A DNA stretch of 64,000 bases from Epiperipatus broadwayi (GCA_028023455.1 JAQFVV010000007.1:5084001-5148000); one strand, 5' to 3'; positions 39,010 to 54,545 are shown, counted from the stretch's first letter. A program made the numbers and translations. Notes: generated by a model from the sequence alone, not told the origin.

Positions 39010-42000
39010 AGTAATTAAAATTGATTACCTGGAAGAATTTGATTCTGTCTGTTCAGAAAATTGGTCAGCATATATGGATTAAATTAACTTTTTTTCACAG
39101 CAAACCAAATTAAAAAAAATCAGAATTAAAATTAGAAACTTTGATAAGGATTTGTGGTTCTCCAATATCTGAAATCTAATGTTCTCAGTCAGCCCCTACA
39201 TTTCCTTCTAAGATTTCAATAAAGAAAGATCTTTCCTGATGGCTTATTTCTATCCAAAATTCCTAATAATTTTAAATGAATACAACTTCAATTTCCTTAT
39301 TTAGAAAGAGTAGGGAAATGCTAAAGATTTTGCCACAAACATTCATTTATGTAATGAAAGATAACAGTCTTAAGGTCAAGCTGTTATGAAGCCTAATACT
39401 AATTTTGATTTGGCAATCTCACAGGCAGTTTTAGCTGAGTCTAAAAAATTGACCTATTAAATTTGGGAGTCAGAAACTCAGACTAATGTATGCCTAGCTC
39501 ACCAAAATTTAGAGGATTTTCAGTTAAAAATTGCAAAAATAAATTGGTAAAAATATGTAAATATTTGCTATGTATATAGCAAGCTAAACATTTGCATAGC
39601 AAACTCCCAAGTCAGTGTGTAGGTATTGTAATCATGTCATTATATTGAAACCACTCATTTAAAATAGTAAAGTAGTTCAGAATAAAATGGCAAAGTCAAT
39701 TTAAAAAACTGTAAGGAAATTTATATCTCCAGTAAGAAAAAAAGATGGAATTATTATTAAAAAGAGATATGACATCATGAAATGGGTAGAAGTCTTCTAT
39801 GAAGAATTATATAGTAATAAAGAAGAAGTACCTCCTATATCTATTATATCTTCCAAATTACTCAGAATTTTAAATGAAAAAGTGAGACATGTAATTAAAT
39901 GTATGAAGAAAGGAAAGGCTCCAGGTAATGATGTAATTATAATTTATATATTAAAAGAAGCAGGTGAAGAAATATAATTTTTTTTAGCAAAGTTATATAC
40001 CAAATGTCTAAATGAGAAAGATGTACCAGATGAATGGAAGAATGCAGTATTAATATTAATATTTAAAAAAGGTGATAAAGAAAATATTAGAAATTACAGG
40101 CCTATCTGCCTTTTATCAGTTTTATACAAAATTTTTTTACCAAGATAATTACAATTCATCTATAGAGAACATTGGATTTCTACCAACCAAGAGAACAAAC
40201 TGGTTTAAAAGTGGTTTTAGTACAGTAGATCATATCCAGGTATTGAGAGAAGTTATAGAATAGAAAAATGAATGAGTTGCCATTATGCTTTGGATTTGTA
40301 GATTATGAAAAGGCATTTGATTCTATAAACATTTCTTCAGTGACTAAAGCATTGGATCATCAAGGTACAGATCCAGGATATTATCATATTTTAAAGAATA
40401 TTTATAAAAATGCAACAGCAACAATTACATTAATAATGATACTGGGAAAGTCAACATTGAGAAGGGTGTAAGACAGGGTGACTCCATATCTCCAAAACCT
40501 TTTACAGCAGTGCTGCAGTAAGTATTTTTTGGATTAAAATGGGAAGCTAAAGAAGTGAAAGTAAATAGAGATCATTTAAGTCATTTAGATTTTGCAGATG
40601 ATGTAATTATTTTTGCAAATAATGCTTTAGAGCTGCAGGAAATGTTACAGGAGTTATCAGATGAAAGTATGAAAGTAGGACTAAGATAAATATCAAAAAG
40701 ACTAAAGTAATGTTTAATGGATTTTCTCAAAATATGAAAATAAAGATGGATTATGATAAGTTAGAAGAAGATAACAGTTACCAATATTTTGGTCAGATCA
40801 TTAATAGAGATGGAAACATAATGGATAAAATTAATCATAGAATTAATCTTGGTTGGAGTGCTTTTGGTAGAAGTAACTTGATACTAAAAGGAAATATGCC
40901 TATGTGTTTGAAAAGAAAGATTTTTAATAAATATGCTTTACCAGTTTTTACTTATGGATCTGAGACTTGGTCACTTAATAGAAGAGCAATACAGAGACTT
41001 CAGACCACTCAAAAAAGTATGGAGAGATACATGTTGGGAGTAACAAGATCGAAAATCAATATATGGGTAAGAGAATAAACAGGTGTTACAGACCTCATTG
41101 GAAAAATTAAAAGACTGAAATGGAGTTGGGCTGAAACATATTGCTAGAAGAGATGATAATAGATGGACAATTGAAATTTTAAATTGGATTCCAAGGGATT
41201 GTAAAAGACTCAGATAGAGACTAGATATAAGATGGATGAATGAAATAAGAAAGTGTGCAGAGGTGATATGGAGAAAAAAAAGCTAAAGATTGGAGAAATG
41301 GCTTGAACTTGAAGAGACCTTCATCCTGCAGTGTATTGACAATGGTTGATGATGATGATAAAAGGCAAAATAAAATTAATACCTTATAAATAATATGAGT
41401 ACTGATTCAGCTATCAAGCCTGAAATATAATTAATAATATGTTGATAATGATGGAGCTGGATATTGGATCTGTAGGTCCATTATATCATAGACTACTTGG
41501 GATAATATTAATAAAATGAAGAATCATCATCAGCAATCTTCCAGTAGAGTAATTACAGGTTACCAAAAGCAACCAAATGCCACTCGATTGAAATGAGTTA
41601 AAGCTACTATTCCAACTAAAATTGTTTGCTTCTTATTGTGGCATATTGTGGCAGCAAATGATCACAATAGTCTATTATGTCATGACTGGTTCAATCACTT
41701 AGGCTACACATATTAATGACAACCAGTTCCTAAATAGAACAAAATTATAAAGGAACTGTGTATGATAATAAACTGGGTCTATACCTTAGACAAACCCGTC
41801 ACTCCTTAGTTCAGCATGGGTCATAGGAACAGATATAAAATTGCTGAAGTGAATGTAGGTAGTAAGAATTTTATGCTGTATATTCCAAGACTTTTAAATG
41901 GGTTCCAACAATAGTGATAAATATAAAAGTCTTTGCATATTATCCTTGACCAGACTATTGATGGACAACATCATCACAGACATTGAGATCAAATCAGATC

Positions 42001-42785
42001 AAACTGTGAAACACCATATAAATCCAATGAAGAATCCAGACACATAAAAAAATAAGACTCAAGAATAATGAAACCAGATCAAAAAATGAGTCAAGGAGAC
42101 AAAACAAATGTCTTCAAAACCTATCTTAAGGATTACATAGTTCAAAGCTAACTTTTTCCAGGGGCAAGGAATGTTGTTAGCTCATTCTGATTCATAAAAG
42201 CCTGCCTCCAAGTAATGAACTTATTCTTACTACAAGATTATCAAGATCAGATTCAAATTACAATAAGACTGACCAATGAAATTGCAATAAAAGGAAATAA
42301 TTATCCAATTGCATAAAAAGATCAATTGGAGATCTAGGTCAGTGAAACCAATTGTTTTCATGGAGGAGAGGGATCTCACCATAAAAGATTACTTTCAGAT
42401 GTTGAGACAACTATCAGATGTTTGATGGCAGTATGTACATTGTCCACAAAATTTTAGAATGCAGTGACACATGCTCAACAAATCCGAAGCAGGAAACTTC
42501 TAACTACAGTCATCACCATACTTGCACATGAGGCAAGTTACCCATAGACGAGAAGTGTCAGGATCTTAAAGGGAAGTCACAGCATCTCTCCTAAACATTA
42601 ACTGTCAATTAACAATTAGACTTTTGTAATTGGCCAATCACAATGGAAGTGGACCATTATATCTAAACATTCCAAATACATTACATATAAAATATTATAT
42701 ATTATTATTACAATACTTTTTAATTAATGGACATTTTCTTTGTAATATATATATATTGTGTTGTAAATACTTTCAATAAATATCA
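39010..42785 (+). mobile_element. Non-autonomous Gypsy copy 3 (5' LTR not found; interrupted by RTE)
   Basis: gag LEEFDSVCSENWSAYM at ~39030. Protease end and VYDNKLG at 41680-41780, in frame to KWVPTIV at ~41897. Ends YLKDYIV, PPT AGGGGCAAGGAA, LTR from 42172. Confidence 0.75.
39690..41359 (+). mobile_element. 5'-truncated RTE-clade LINE (RT pseudogene)
   Basis: [59 protein letters not shown], then HIARRDDNRW. (GAT)4 tail at 41348-41359. Many stops and frameshifts. Confidence 0.92.
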
Positions 42786-42921
42786 CACAGAGGCAAAACT
42801 CTCCATACAGTATTATCACTTATTACAAGCCAGAGTAATCAATGAATGCAGGAAAGTTTTTTGCCTCTGTGTAAACAGTTTGTGTCAGCCTAGAATAGTG
42901 ATCATGTGATGTCTAGTAGTT
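42785..42921 (+). repeat. Short family C copy (inverted 5' piece plus 3' tail; no ribozyme)
   Basis: CACAGAGGCAAAACTC and AGTTTTTTGCCTCTGTG form an inverted pair; ends GATCATGTGATGTCTAGTAGTT. Confidence 0.7.
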
Positions 42922-43901
42922 TAATAAAATATTTATATTTATTTTCAGAATTGTGTGCTATTTTTAAGTGATCAAGAATATTACTCCTATTCACACTACA
43001 GTATAACCACAACAATTATATATTCATTATGGATATGATTTTGAATCTATTATTACTAAGTCATATCTTGGCCAGAAAAGAATCAAAATTGAATAAATAG
43101 TAGCAGATCCCCTAAATTGTAAACTTGAGTGTGGCTTTCATAGCAGAGATGTTGAATGCTTTTGTTGGAAGAATTGAGTCTAGAAAACAGTGGAAAATTA
43201 CAATAGCACAATATATTCATATCTTTTAGAAAGATTTAATGCAAATATTAAACAACAGAATCACTAGTATGTAGTATATCAAATAATCTTATTAAAGGAT
43301 TAGGGTGTGATTTATATGAACTTATTTGTCTTTCACAATCATAGCAAAACAGTTTTTATTCTTTGTCTTGTTTTTTTTTCATTCAGGAATTAGAATGGCT
43401 ATATCATTTGTAAATTATTACCAATGAATAATAATAATCATACTTTTATATATTAAATATAAAAGATATTATTTATACTTTTATATTTTTGTTGAATTTT
43501 TATAGTTATTTAGCTATTTTTATTCAAAAAACTATTCACATTAATGGATCTCAAAATATCAATATTTTAAAGAAATTATTTTACTGATCTATATATAAAA
43601 GAAAGAAAATAAATCTGTATATTGTTTATTTATGTTAATCAATAGTGTAAGTAAATTTTAGATAGTTTTTGATATATTAATTATTTGTTAAAGTAAACTC
43701 AAACTAAAAGTAACAAAAATAATTAATAATTGTTAATTATTTTCTTATGGAAGATAAAAAATAAATCTTGAAAAAATAACATTTGTTATTTTTTTAAAAT
43801 CAGTATTCTTGATAACAACTAAGAAGTAAAAAAAAAAAAACTGATATAATTGGTGACATACCTAGTCATCTTTTGAAAGAATAATGGAAGATAAAATTAC
43901 T

Positions 43902-44025
43902 CAGGATTTTAATTTTTTATTATCATCATATAGTGAAAGATGTTTTACATGTTATTTTAAAAACAGGATTTTAATTTTTTATTATCATCATATAGTGAAA
44001 GATGTTTTACATGTTATTTTAAAAA
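43902..44025 (+). repeat. Perfect 62-bp tandem duplication
   Basis: The unit starting CAGGATTTTAAT occurs at 43902 and 43964. Confidence 0.9.
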
Positions 44026-45675
44026 TAAAAGTGATTCATTTATATTTTTTTCAGAATTAGTTAACAAATTTGATAAATAATTCTGAAAAAATTTTTTTAT
44101 AAACATGGATATAAAATATTTGAACAGGTGATTATTTTGGAGGTCACAAGAAGTTTGAGCATTAAGAGTGGTAGATTTGGTTTGTGTTTCAAGAACTTTG
44201 AATATCAAAATCCATCACTCTAATGCAGATCCAAATCAGGCAACAAAAGTAACATTCATATATACATTAGTGCTCCTTTCAAAATTATTATTAAAAGAAA
44301 TATGAATAGATTACTTTGATATTTTCAGTAATTATTATTATGAAGTTTGCTTATATGTATCAAAATCAAATACATAGATTATATATAATTACTCTCTTTT
44401 ACATGTATATGTATGCATAGTTCTTAATATGAATCCAAATGATTTACCTTTGGGTGTGTGCATATGTAATATATGATTAGCCCACTTGGGGGTATATTTT
44501 TATTGATTATATCAGCAATATTTTATAGATTTAAAATAATTAATTTATATGAAAATGTAAATGTTTATTTTATGATTACTAGAGACCATAATTTCTAGAA
44601 ACATCTAAAACTTTGGCAAAAATGAAATTTAATATCATTAAAAAGTAATAAAGTGGTATTAATAATAACATCAGTAAAATGGTATCTACCATGTTGAAAG
44701 ATTAATATATTAAAATGCATTAAATTTATTTTCTTGTCCAAATTATTGGAAGCAAAAGAATATTGAATACCAAAATAAAGAACCACATTGAATCTGCACT
44801 CAGGAGCAGCAATAAACTTTATTCCTAAATCATCAATGTATATCTGGAGTGATCAATGAATCCTAGGTGGTAATATCCAAAATGATTTCAATCATCTTAC
44901 CAGGGTCTAGTATTGCTTTGCATAGAAGAAATGGCTTTATTCACCAAAGACATGCTATTCAAGACCATGGATTAAAATTGTCAAACATCCAAAGCTTAAA
45001 TATATTAATATTAAAATAATAATAATAATTAAAAATTTAATTTAATTTATTAAAACAAATAATCTTATGCTAAAACATCACGTATGACACATGTGAAAAT
45101 TTAAACTAAAATATTAATACAATGTAAAATAATTAATTATAAATAAAAGTTTTTCATTATTCAATCCATAATTAATTTTTTAAATTTTTTTCTTCATAAG
45201 TTATTAATATTAATTTTAATATTTATCATAATTATATTGTAAAATTTTGGGTTAAGGTAAACATTTTTGATACCTGCAATGGGTTTTAAAATATGTTGGT
45301 TCAAATAATAAACCAAAATCATGTAATCTGGTGAACATTATTGTTGAAAAGTCATTTTTATTGTTTTCCATATCTTTAAAAAATAGCACACAGCATTTAA
45401 AATAAATAGTTGGTTGATGGTTAAAACTCTAACACATTTACAAAATTCAAATGTTTTCAAATTCAAAGGTTTAAATAAAATAATTATTCATGCAAAGTTT
45501 TAAAGTGTTTGCAAAGATTTTAAGTAATATGCTGCAATACCACTCCATAATGTTATTCCATAACACAATCTGCTTAAATATATCTTTTTGTATACATTTG
45601 ATAGAACAAATTTATGCAAAAAAATATTTTATTCCATAAAAGAGAAAATTTACATTTTTTAATTTCACTTAAAAG

Positions 45676-45809
45676 TAAAGAATATGTTTATCCCAATGTT
45701 CATCCAAAATCAAACCAAAGTAAAATACCATTGTAGTTCGGCTAAAGAATATGTTTATCCCAATGTTCATCCAAAATCAAACCAAAGTAAAATACCATTG
45801 TAGTTCGGC
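45676..45809 (+). repeat. Perfect 67-bp tandem duplication
   Basis: The unit TAAAGAATATG to GTTCGGC occurs at 45676 and 45743. Confidence 0.9.
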
Positions 45810-46502
45810 TAATTTTTTGTCATGTGGGTTGATCCACATAAGATATTTCAATTAAAATGTCTTTTATTGCAACATTTTTTCAGGAGTATATCATATATTT
45901 ACATTTATTAATATTTAAAATTAATATATTTTTATTTATCTATTGTGCAATTTTTAGCAATAATAATAAATATAATTATATACAGTTCAACATTTACACT
46001 TTAACAGAAAGACACAACAAATAAAGAACAAACAATTACAAATTATATTAAGTTATATATACATGTATGTTATCAATGGTAAGTTTAGTTCTTACTTAAC
46101 ATTCATAATAAACTGATCATGAAAAATATCAATATTATTACAATTCAGATTATATATTCTTTGCAATCAATAGTTTTGCTAATGATATCAAAGTAAGTAA
46201 AGAGACCATAAATAAGAAAATTAATGATAAATATGAACAAAATAAAGAATATTAATGATATATTATAAATATCTTTTTTAAGAATATTTAAAAAATTCTT
46301 CCTTTTTCTTTTTAAACTTAATCCTTTTTCAAATAAATTTTATCATATTTTTTTCTTTTAATTTTTTTTTTTGTAATTGAAACATAAAAAAAACATACAT
46401 CAATGTTTTAATTATTTTCTATAATTTTTGTCAAGACACAATTCAGAAATTTATCAGAAACATAAAAATAAAATTATTTAAATCAAAAAGTACCCCCCCC
46501 CC

Positions 46503-46755
46503 CATCACCACTATTTTCAGCTATTACCGATCCACTGTAGGATGAAGGTCTCTCCAAATTCAGTTCACCTCTGATCTATAGCCTCTCTTTTTCACATCAC
46601 CAAGCACACTTCTTTACTTCATCCATCCATCTCATATGTGGTCCATTTCTAGGTCTTTTACAATCTCTTGGAATTCAGTTTAAGATTTCAACAATTCCAT
46701 CTATTATCATCTCTTCTAGCAATATGTTCAGCCCAACTTCACTTCAATCTTTTAA
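46503..46755 (-). mobile_element. RTE LINE 3' stub
   Basis: Reverse complement of the RTE 3' end. Confidence 0.85.
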
Positions 46756-48700
46756 ATATAATATAAATAATATTATTTGAAAAATTTTGTTTGTTTTTTT
46801 CAACTTTTTCATTTTAAATAAAAAATGAAATTATTATTACTACAGAAATCTATATTTTTAAGACATTATTTCATAAAAATTTACCAAACAATTAAAAATA
46901 TGTATATATTGTTCCCCTTATCAATACTTAAATAATTTTAAAAGAAGTAGTAATTTGTTACAAATTTATATAATTAAGTCCTATCTTGATAAGGAACATA
47001 TAATTTTAAATCAAAAGCAATTAAATCACAATCAATATTTAATGTTATGTACCTGGTGGAGCCATCAAAGCTATTATTAACATACTAATTGATAAATAGA
47101 ACATTTGCCTGATGCTTGTTAAATATGGCAATCGAACATTACTATTGATGTCAAATTTGATGTGTAATTTTGTATAATACAAAACATTGAAATATTTGAA
47201 TTTTGATAAAATTGTTTGAAAATAAATATGTAAAGAAGTGATCAGTAATTTTCTATTTTTATAATCAAAGGGAAAAGGTAAATGTGCAGTTTGATGAGAT
47301 AAGTCTGATTTGTCACAGATCGTGCTGAAGAAAAAATAAGAACCTCACTTTCTAAGAACACTAATCATGTAGATGGAACCTGGGTATTGTGCTTGAAAAA
47401 AATCTATGTGTAGCAGCAACACACCAAGTGACTTAGAATTCCCCTTGTCAGTAGAAAATGTGCACTTTGCTTAGTCATTTACTTTAATGAATGTCTAGCT
47501 CTACACCCCAGTGCCAAAGATGTTTTTTTTATATTCTACTACCTGCATAATGTTGATATAGTGATTGGCACTCATGCAGATAATCAAACATCCTCTTGAA
47601 GACTGAAACCAAAATTCAGAATAAAATGAGAGTTGCATCTCCAGAACTATTACAGTCTCTTCTGAATATTTCATAGATGCTGGGGGAAAATATCATAGTG
47701 GCAGCAATCAGGACCTCTTTCTAGCCTTGTTCTCTATTTATTGTAGACAAACATTATCTAGACTTTTTTTGTGAGTTCAATTTTAATAAAAAAAAATTAT
47801 GAATTGCTTTGTCAGATATCATTTTTTTTTGTACGTTTGTACAATGTCAAACTTATTTTTATTGCTGCTGCAGTTGTTTCTTACTTCAATTAGTCATAAA
47901 GAGTGGATCATTAAAATTATGCAACTTTTTTACAATTTGTATTTTAGTATTATCTTGATAAAAGTAGATATAAAGTTTGATGTCAACATTGATTTTTTTT
48001 TTTCAATTTTTCCCCTAAAAACACACACACAAAATTAAAATCACATTTTCCTCTTGTTAACTTTACTGTAAAACATTTGTAATTTTCAAAAATGTTCCAT
48101 TTATCAACTAGTATGCCCATTATAACTTTGGTGACTTCACTAGGCATGTAAAAAAGCAGAGTGTATACTATATCAGTACCTAATTTTTTATATTTTTGTT
48201 TTATGTATATAAAGATTAGGTTATTCAAAAACAAGTGTTTTTATTATTTTTCCTTAAGAAATTAAAAAATTGGGAGAATATGTAAATACTAGAGAAATAA
48301 TTTACATATGTTTAATCTTTAGGAATAATCTAAAGCATTCTGCTTACATTTTGACTAATTCTTAACAATAACATTTAAAATTAAATTACAAAAAGAAAAA
48401 AAATTGTTTGCAAAAAGCCTGAAAAAAAATAGTATTAAATTATTTATAAATTTTAAAAAAGTGATCATAACATGAGAAAATGATAATATATTTAAAAATT
48501 ATACTAATTATGTTGAACATCAAATGGAAAAAAAATGTACTTTCAAACTTAAAAGATAATTCATAATAAAAATTTAGTATTGATTTAATCAGAGCTAAAT
48601 GCTAATCAAAAAATATGAGTAATTGTATAAATTAAAAGTGTTTCACTTATCAGTATGAATTTTGAAGCAACCGTTTTACCATATTTATATTAAAATTTTA

Positions 48701-48800
48701 GTCATTAAAATCAGTCAACACTTAGACAATCCCAATATCAAAAACAATCAACAATCTGTTGTCAAGACAACCTCTTTTTAATAATAAAGGTGGAATCCCA
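48701..48800 (+). repeat. Repeat family X copy
   Basis: Matches the reverse complement of 35390-35488. Confidence 0.75.
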
Positions 48801-51199
48801 CCTTTATTTATCGTCCAATATATCTATTTATATAGGCACTAAAGATTGCAACTTGTCCATAGAGACTGAAATTATTGATACAAAAAAATTTAAATAAACT
48901 TTCTTAACAGGTAAATATCTGTTCTGAATGCAGACTAATAAATAGTTAATTATAATATTCAAATTGCAATTATGATTTTTAAATTGCACAAATAATAAGT
49001 GTAAGAAGTTCTTTTAATATTAAAGAAGTATAGGTTATAATGGAATTGTGAGTAATATTTAGTACAAATTTGTTTTCTTTTAGTCCTTTAGACTTGAGAA
49101 GTCTAATTGTAGTAGTGAAACCATTGATTGCGTTTTAGAGTTTATTTTCTTTGACTAGTCTGGTTTACTAGTTTAGCTTTAGGCTTTTAATATAAATGCT
49201 GATTATCTTTAAGCTTAATAGCATATACTACTAAATTTGTTTTTCGAAAAAATCAATATGAAATTAAATATTATATTTTGTAGTAATTATACATATGTAT
49301 ATAGATGCCACAATTTTTTGCTGTGCTACATTTCATTATTTTTTTCCACCAAAGAATAAAAAAAGAGGGGAAGAAGAGTCTACAGATGTATTTTTATTTT
49401 TTTATTTAAAAAAGCTCAATAAAGTGCATAGTTTATATATATTAAATAACTGATTTATTAAGAATGTTCATTTAATTAAAAAAAAGGTATTTCAATTTAC
49501 TTACAGTGCTCACCTATTAATAAGCGATGAGCAAAGCATTACCATAAGAAAAAGGAGTGGTTGTAAGTGAAACAGGTTTTATCTTGATTCTGAATAAACT
49601 ACATTTAATTATTTTTTGATAATTAGACTTTTTTTTATGTTTCTAAGTATGATCCTAGATCTGAAGGAAATTTGAGAGGAATATATTACCAATAAAGTCA
49701 TGGCTTCTGGAGTAATTGTAAGATTTTTCTGTATATATTTCAATTTCTTTTTTATAAGTAGTGTTTATAAAAATTCAGTTATATTTTTATGTATATATAA
49801 TAATTCGATTATTAAATTTCAAATAACTAAGTTTATTAATATAATGTTCTTTAATGGAAAGATAATCTATATTGCAAATAAAAAAATGAATCAACTTTTA
49901 TTTATTTATCTAAGATTTTATATAGAAATAAATTATAAGGATATTTTATTAGGATGAATATAATATCAGACAAAGTTGTCTTAGTTTTATTCAAATCAAT
50001 GTATAGTTTAAATTATAAAGAAATAAGCAAATACATAAAGATTAAATTATATAGCAATAATAATATTTAATAACTGGTTTGATAAACTTCAAAGTGCTAG
50101 TTATATTTTTTGTATGTCAAAATTATATCCAAAATAGTCTGTGTTGCAATCAAAAAATCCTGCTTTGTTCCAATGTGTCTTCTATAATATTCACACTAAT
50201 AAAATATTCTTATCCACATTCGTATAAGATTTTGGACAAATAAAAGTGGATTCATTTTCTGTTTGCAATACTCTGATACTAGAGGGCATTGTACTAATAC
50301 AACCAGCTTTGTGAGATTGATAGTTATTATTACTGTTGGATAATACAATATTTACATATTTGAAATTTGGCTGCTTGTTAAAACGAAAAGAAATTAATTC
50401 TGCCCTGGAAATTTAAATTATATGCTGATTTGAATAACAGTGTGAGAGCATATCGATCTAATGTCTGCTTTAATAAAGTATTGTCTAATCTACATCTGTA
50501 TAAGATCTTAAATAAGTCAATGAAATTAGATGTTTTCATTCACAGTGCAAGAACATTGTTTTAATATAGGTAGTGGTTTAAAAATTATCAATATGATTAT
50601 TAAATATTATTACTGGATATATATATATTTGATAATAATATTTGTATATTCTTTAAAATAATTTTAAAAATCTCATGCTGTAAATTAGTGCATTAAGATT
50701 GTGATTTATCATAACAGTTTGAGAACAGATGGAACTGAGAGTAAATAATATATATTTCATTAGTACTGATTCTGAGACTAAAAATGGCAAACAGATCTAA
50801 AAAATCTGTACATGTATGAGAATTGTTTATTCACTATATCATTCAATTACTATAAATTTACATTTTCATGGTTGAGTAATTGTAAAATATACAATTCACT
50901 ACATTATTGATACAATAAAATTATAATTTGTGCTATTGTATGGAATACATATAATAATAATAATAAACAGCCACTCATAAGGGAACATGGCCATTCTGAC
51001 TCCAAAAAGAAAAAAAAAGAAAGTAGAGAGAGATATCTAGAAATGAATTTTATGGTGACTATATCTGCAATTCACAAATATGTTCACATATAGAACATGC
51101 TACAATTTTAATGTTTTTCGATATTTTATGTCATTTAATTTCTTAAGGAGCAAACTTTTTCCTGAAATATGTCAGTACTATGTCCCTAATTATAGTTAT

Positions 51200-51470
51200 T
51201 CAATATATTTTAGTCTCTGACATATCTTTCCAATAAAACTGTTGGTGTTCCACTACTTTAGAGATAATTATTATAATATAGTCTCAGTTCACCTCTTATG
51301 AAAACCATGCTTGAGGTCTTCATAAAACACCCTTTTAGAAAGTCTTGCATTATTGATCCATTCTATATGTCCAATCTAATGAAGGTATAATTTTACAATA
51401 GAGGAATCTAATATCTCCGTTAAAATGAAGAATATATTCAATGGTTGTTTAATCTTGCCCTTGTAATTTT
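51200..51470 (-). mobile_element. Decayed 3' fragment of a second RTE lineage (BovB-like wording)
   Basis: Minus translation IGHIEWINNARLSKRVFYEDLKHG resembles WAGHV-RM-RLPK-VFYGEL-G. Confidence 0.5.
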
Positions 51471-52280
51471 AAATATTACATATATACAGTTTAAAATTAA
51501 TTAAACAATTTATTTTAACCTTTTTGTTTTTAAATCATGCTAATAAATTTACCTAAGCAATTTTTTTTATCTATTTAGGAATCTATTCTGTGATTTTTAT
51601 CTTTAACTTGATTTTTACATGTCACTTTTTTTCCATGTGTATGTTTAACATCAGCCATAATGTAGAATATAAAAGTACTTTTTAAAATTTGAAAGTTAAC
51701 ACTACAGTAATCTCAAGAAATATTTACAGAGCATAAACGAAATAAGAACTAAGAAACATATTGATTTATCCATGTGTTTTTAATGTTTTATGCTTAGAAT
51801 TTGCTAGAAATAGTTTGCCTAAGTTTGCATTTATGTAATTCATACTGGAGGGGGGGGTTAGTTTTGCAATAAATACATTCTTTAAAATGTTTGTCAAGAT
51901 TACTTTTATTTGAAAAAATATTGAAGCTAGGTTTTTTTTTATCCCCCTCTTCCCCCAACGTGGGTAAATAATGTTAGTGCTACTAGAATCTTGACCTATT
52001 CATCAGACGAAGCCCCTTTAGAATAATGATGATTAAAGAAATAACTAACAATAAATTTGATATTTTGCATTAAACATAAAATCTAAAAATAATATATTTA
52101 GCTACCAAACCAATACACAATGAATATAATCTGTAAGAAAGTAATCGACAATAATAAGTGAATTCATTACTAGCAATCCACAAGAATTTTAACAATTAGA
52201 CAGATGCAAATCTATAAATTAAATTTTAAAAAAAATTATTGATATAAATATAAATAAGTACTGCAATACCCCCCCCCCTC

Positions 52281-52570
52281 CACTGCAGGATGAAGTCTCC
52301 AAGTTCAAACCATCTTCTCCAGTCTTTAGCTTCTCTTCTCCACATCACCCCTGCAGACTTTCTTATTTCATCCATCCATCTCACATGTTGTTTCTTTCTG
52401 GGTCTTTTACAATCTTTTGGAATCCAGTTTAAGATGCCAATTGTCCATCTATTATCATCTCTTCTAGCAATATATGTCCAGCCCAACTCCACTTCAGTCT
52501 TTTAATTTTTTCAATGAGGTCAATAACACCTGTTTGTTCTCTTACCTATATATTGCATTTTCGATACCTT
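52281..52570 (-). mobile_element. RTE LINE 3' stub
   Basis: ORF track peptide WTYIARRDDNRWTIGILNWIPKDCKRPRKKQHVRWMDEIRK. Confidence 0.9.
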
Positions 52571-54545
52571 TTGGCATCTACATTTTTCATTTTCCTGTAC
52601 ACAGATAGCTTTTTGAAATTATTATTATTTTTTTTTTTATGGACTTCTTTTATTTAACCTATAATCATTGTTAATATTTTTTTGTAAATCATTACATTCA
52701 TTTTACCATAGGTTTTTGTAATTTAATTTTTATCCATTTGCATTTTACCTCATCACTAAAAAACATTATTTAGTATTAGTAGTTTCATTAATATAGAATA
52801 CTCATTGCTGTCTTATTTTTTTTATGGATTAAATATTAGATTCTTTATGAATTCGTTTGACTGCTAAATATATTGTTTTTAAATTTATTTTTGCATCTTC
52901 ATTTTTTACATATTTGCATTTCTTCTTCTTAAAATGTTAAGTAGTTTCGTATTCTTTATGCATTGGTTGCTTTTTTTTTTTAACTCATTATTTTTATCTC
53001 TTCTTTTATTTATGTTTTAATTTTTCAAAAAAAAATTTTTTTCTTTAGTCATTCAGTATGTGATAGGCGACTTCAGGGTTGGATAAATTAAAAACACTAC
53101 TAATATCATAATATTATTAATGACTTAAAATTTCAATTCAGTATTTATGAACAATAGTTCTCCCATATTGGATTCCAAATCATGTAGAAATTACTGTAAT
53201 GTACAGATAATTGCAGACTATATAATCTTTCAACTTTGTACATATATATATATGTGTGTGTATTTGTATATCCATACTTTATACGCACTGTAAACAAAAA
53301 AAATGAAAATATACAAAGTTATTATTCTCATTTTATTAATTTTTAATTTTTTGTATTTTATTCATTGCGTTTTTTTAAAAAAATCATGGATACAGGGCGA
53401 TGATTTAAATGTTAGTATATACAGATATATATCTTAAAAGGAAGCAATATACACCATATGCATTCTATATATTATTTACATATGTAAATGCTAACCTACA
53501 TTTAAATTTAAATATATGTACACATTATAATCATTATGTATAAGTAGATGAATGTAAGTCTATGATTGCATGTAATGATTTAAAATAAAAACAATATATT
53601 AGAGAAATAATTGACAAATCTCTGCAGATTGGTAGCTAATTAAAATGTCAGGAAAATAAAAATAATTTAATAGAAAAAGATGCAAAAAGGAGATTTGTTA
53701 ATATATTCACAACCAATTTTAAAAGAAATTAAAAATGTTTGCTTGCATTTATATTTTGCTTAGGGTACCACATCCAGTGGCGACTGCCTTTTACTAAGAT
53801 ACTTTTATATACTATAATTAATATATATACATTGAAAGATTTAAAACAGAAAAAAAAATCATCTTGAAGTAAAATCTCAGAATTATTTTTTTTTTAAAAG
53901 TATATTATATAAAATGAAGAATTGATTAAAAAGAAAAACTCTTTCTGACAAACTATTATTTCAGGCCAGGCAGGCTTCAATCAAAATAGAACTGTTGCGA
54001 TAAAATCCAGGATAAAGTATCAAGCCAAGATTATGTTTAAAATGATTGTCAGTATTTATGTTATTAATTTTTTTTTTTTTAAAAAAAACTTTTGTTAGAA
54101 TTTAAAAGACAAATTTTTAAATTATAGTAATAAGTTTGTGAAAAAAATGGAGGATTAAAAAAAAAAATCTTTATATATCTAAAGAATTGTACAAGAATTA
54201 AAAAGATATATTTCGAATAACAAATCACTATAAAATAAGATCAGCTCTTCGCTCTAGTTTAATATATAAGATTGAAGAAAGAATGATTGTCGGATAAATT
54301 TCCAGAATACTATAATGGAATTAAAGACGATTGCTAGATGCGCATAACTGCATTATTTCTAGCATTAAATCTCAAGCCTCATTTATAAAGGCAAAATTCA
54401 GAAACGGATCTTGGGATGGAGATTTAAATGTACTGTTATCTGGTAACCACTGATTACTCAAACTTACGGTAGATGGCATTACAATGGAAAACTGCTTTTG
54501 TTTTAAATACGTTTAATCTATGTATTACATTATTATATATAGTTG

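Noticed and set aside
47330-47395. Small coding exon DRAEEKIRTSLSKNTNHVDGTW
   Set aside because: Weak donor, unrecognised peptide and no partner exons.
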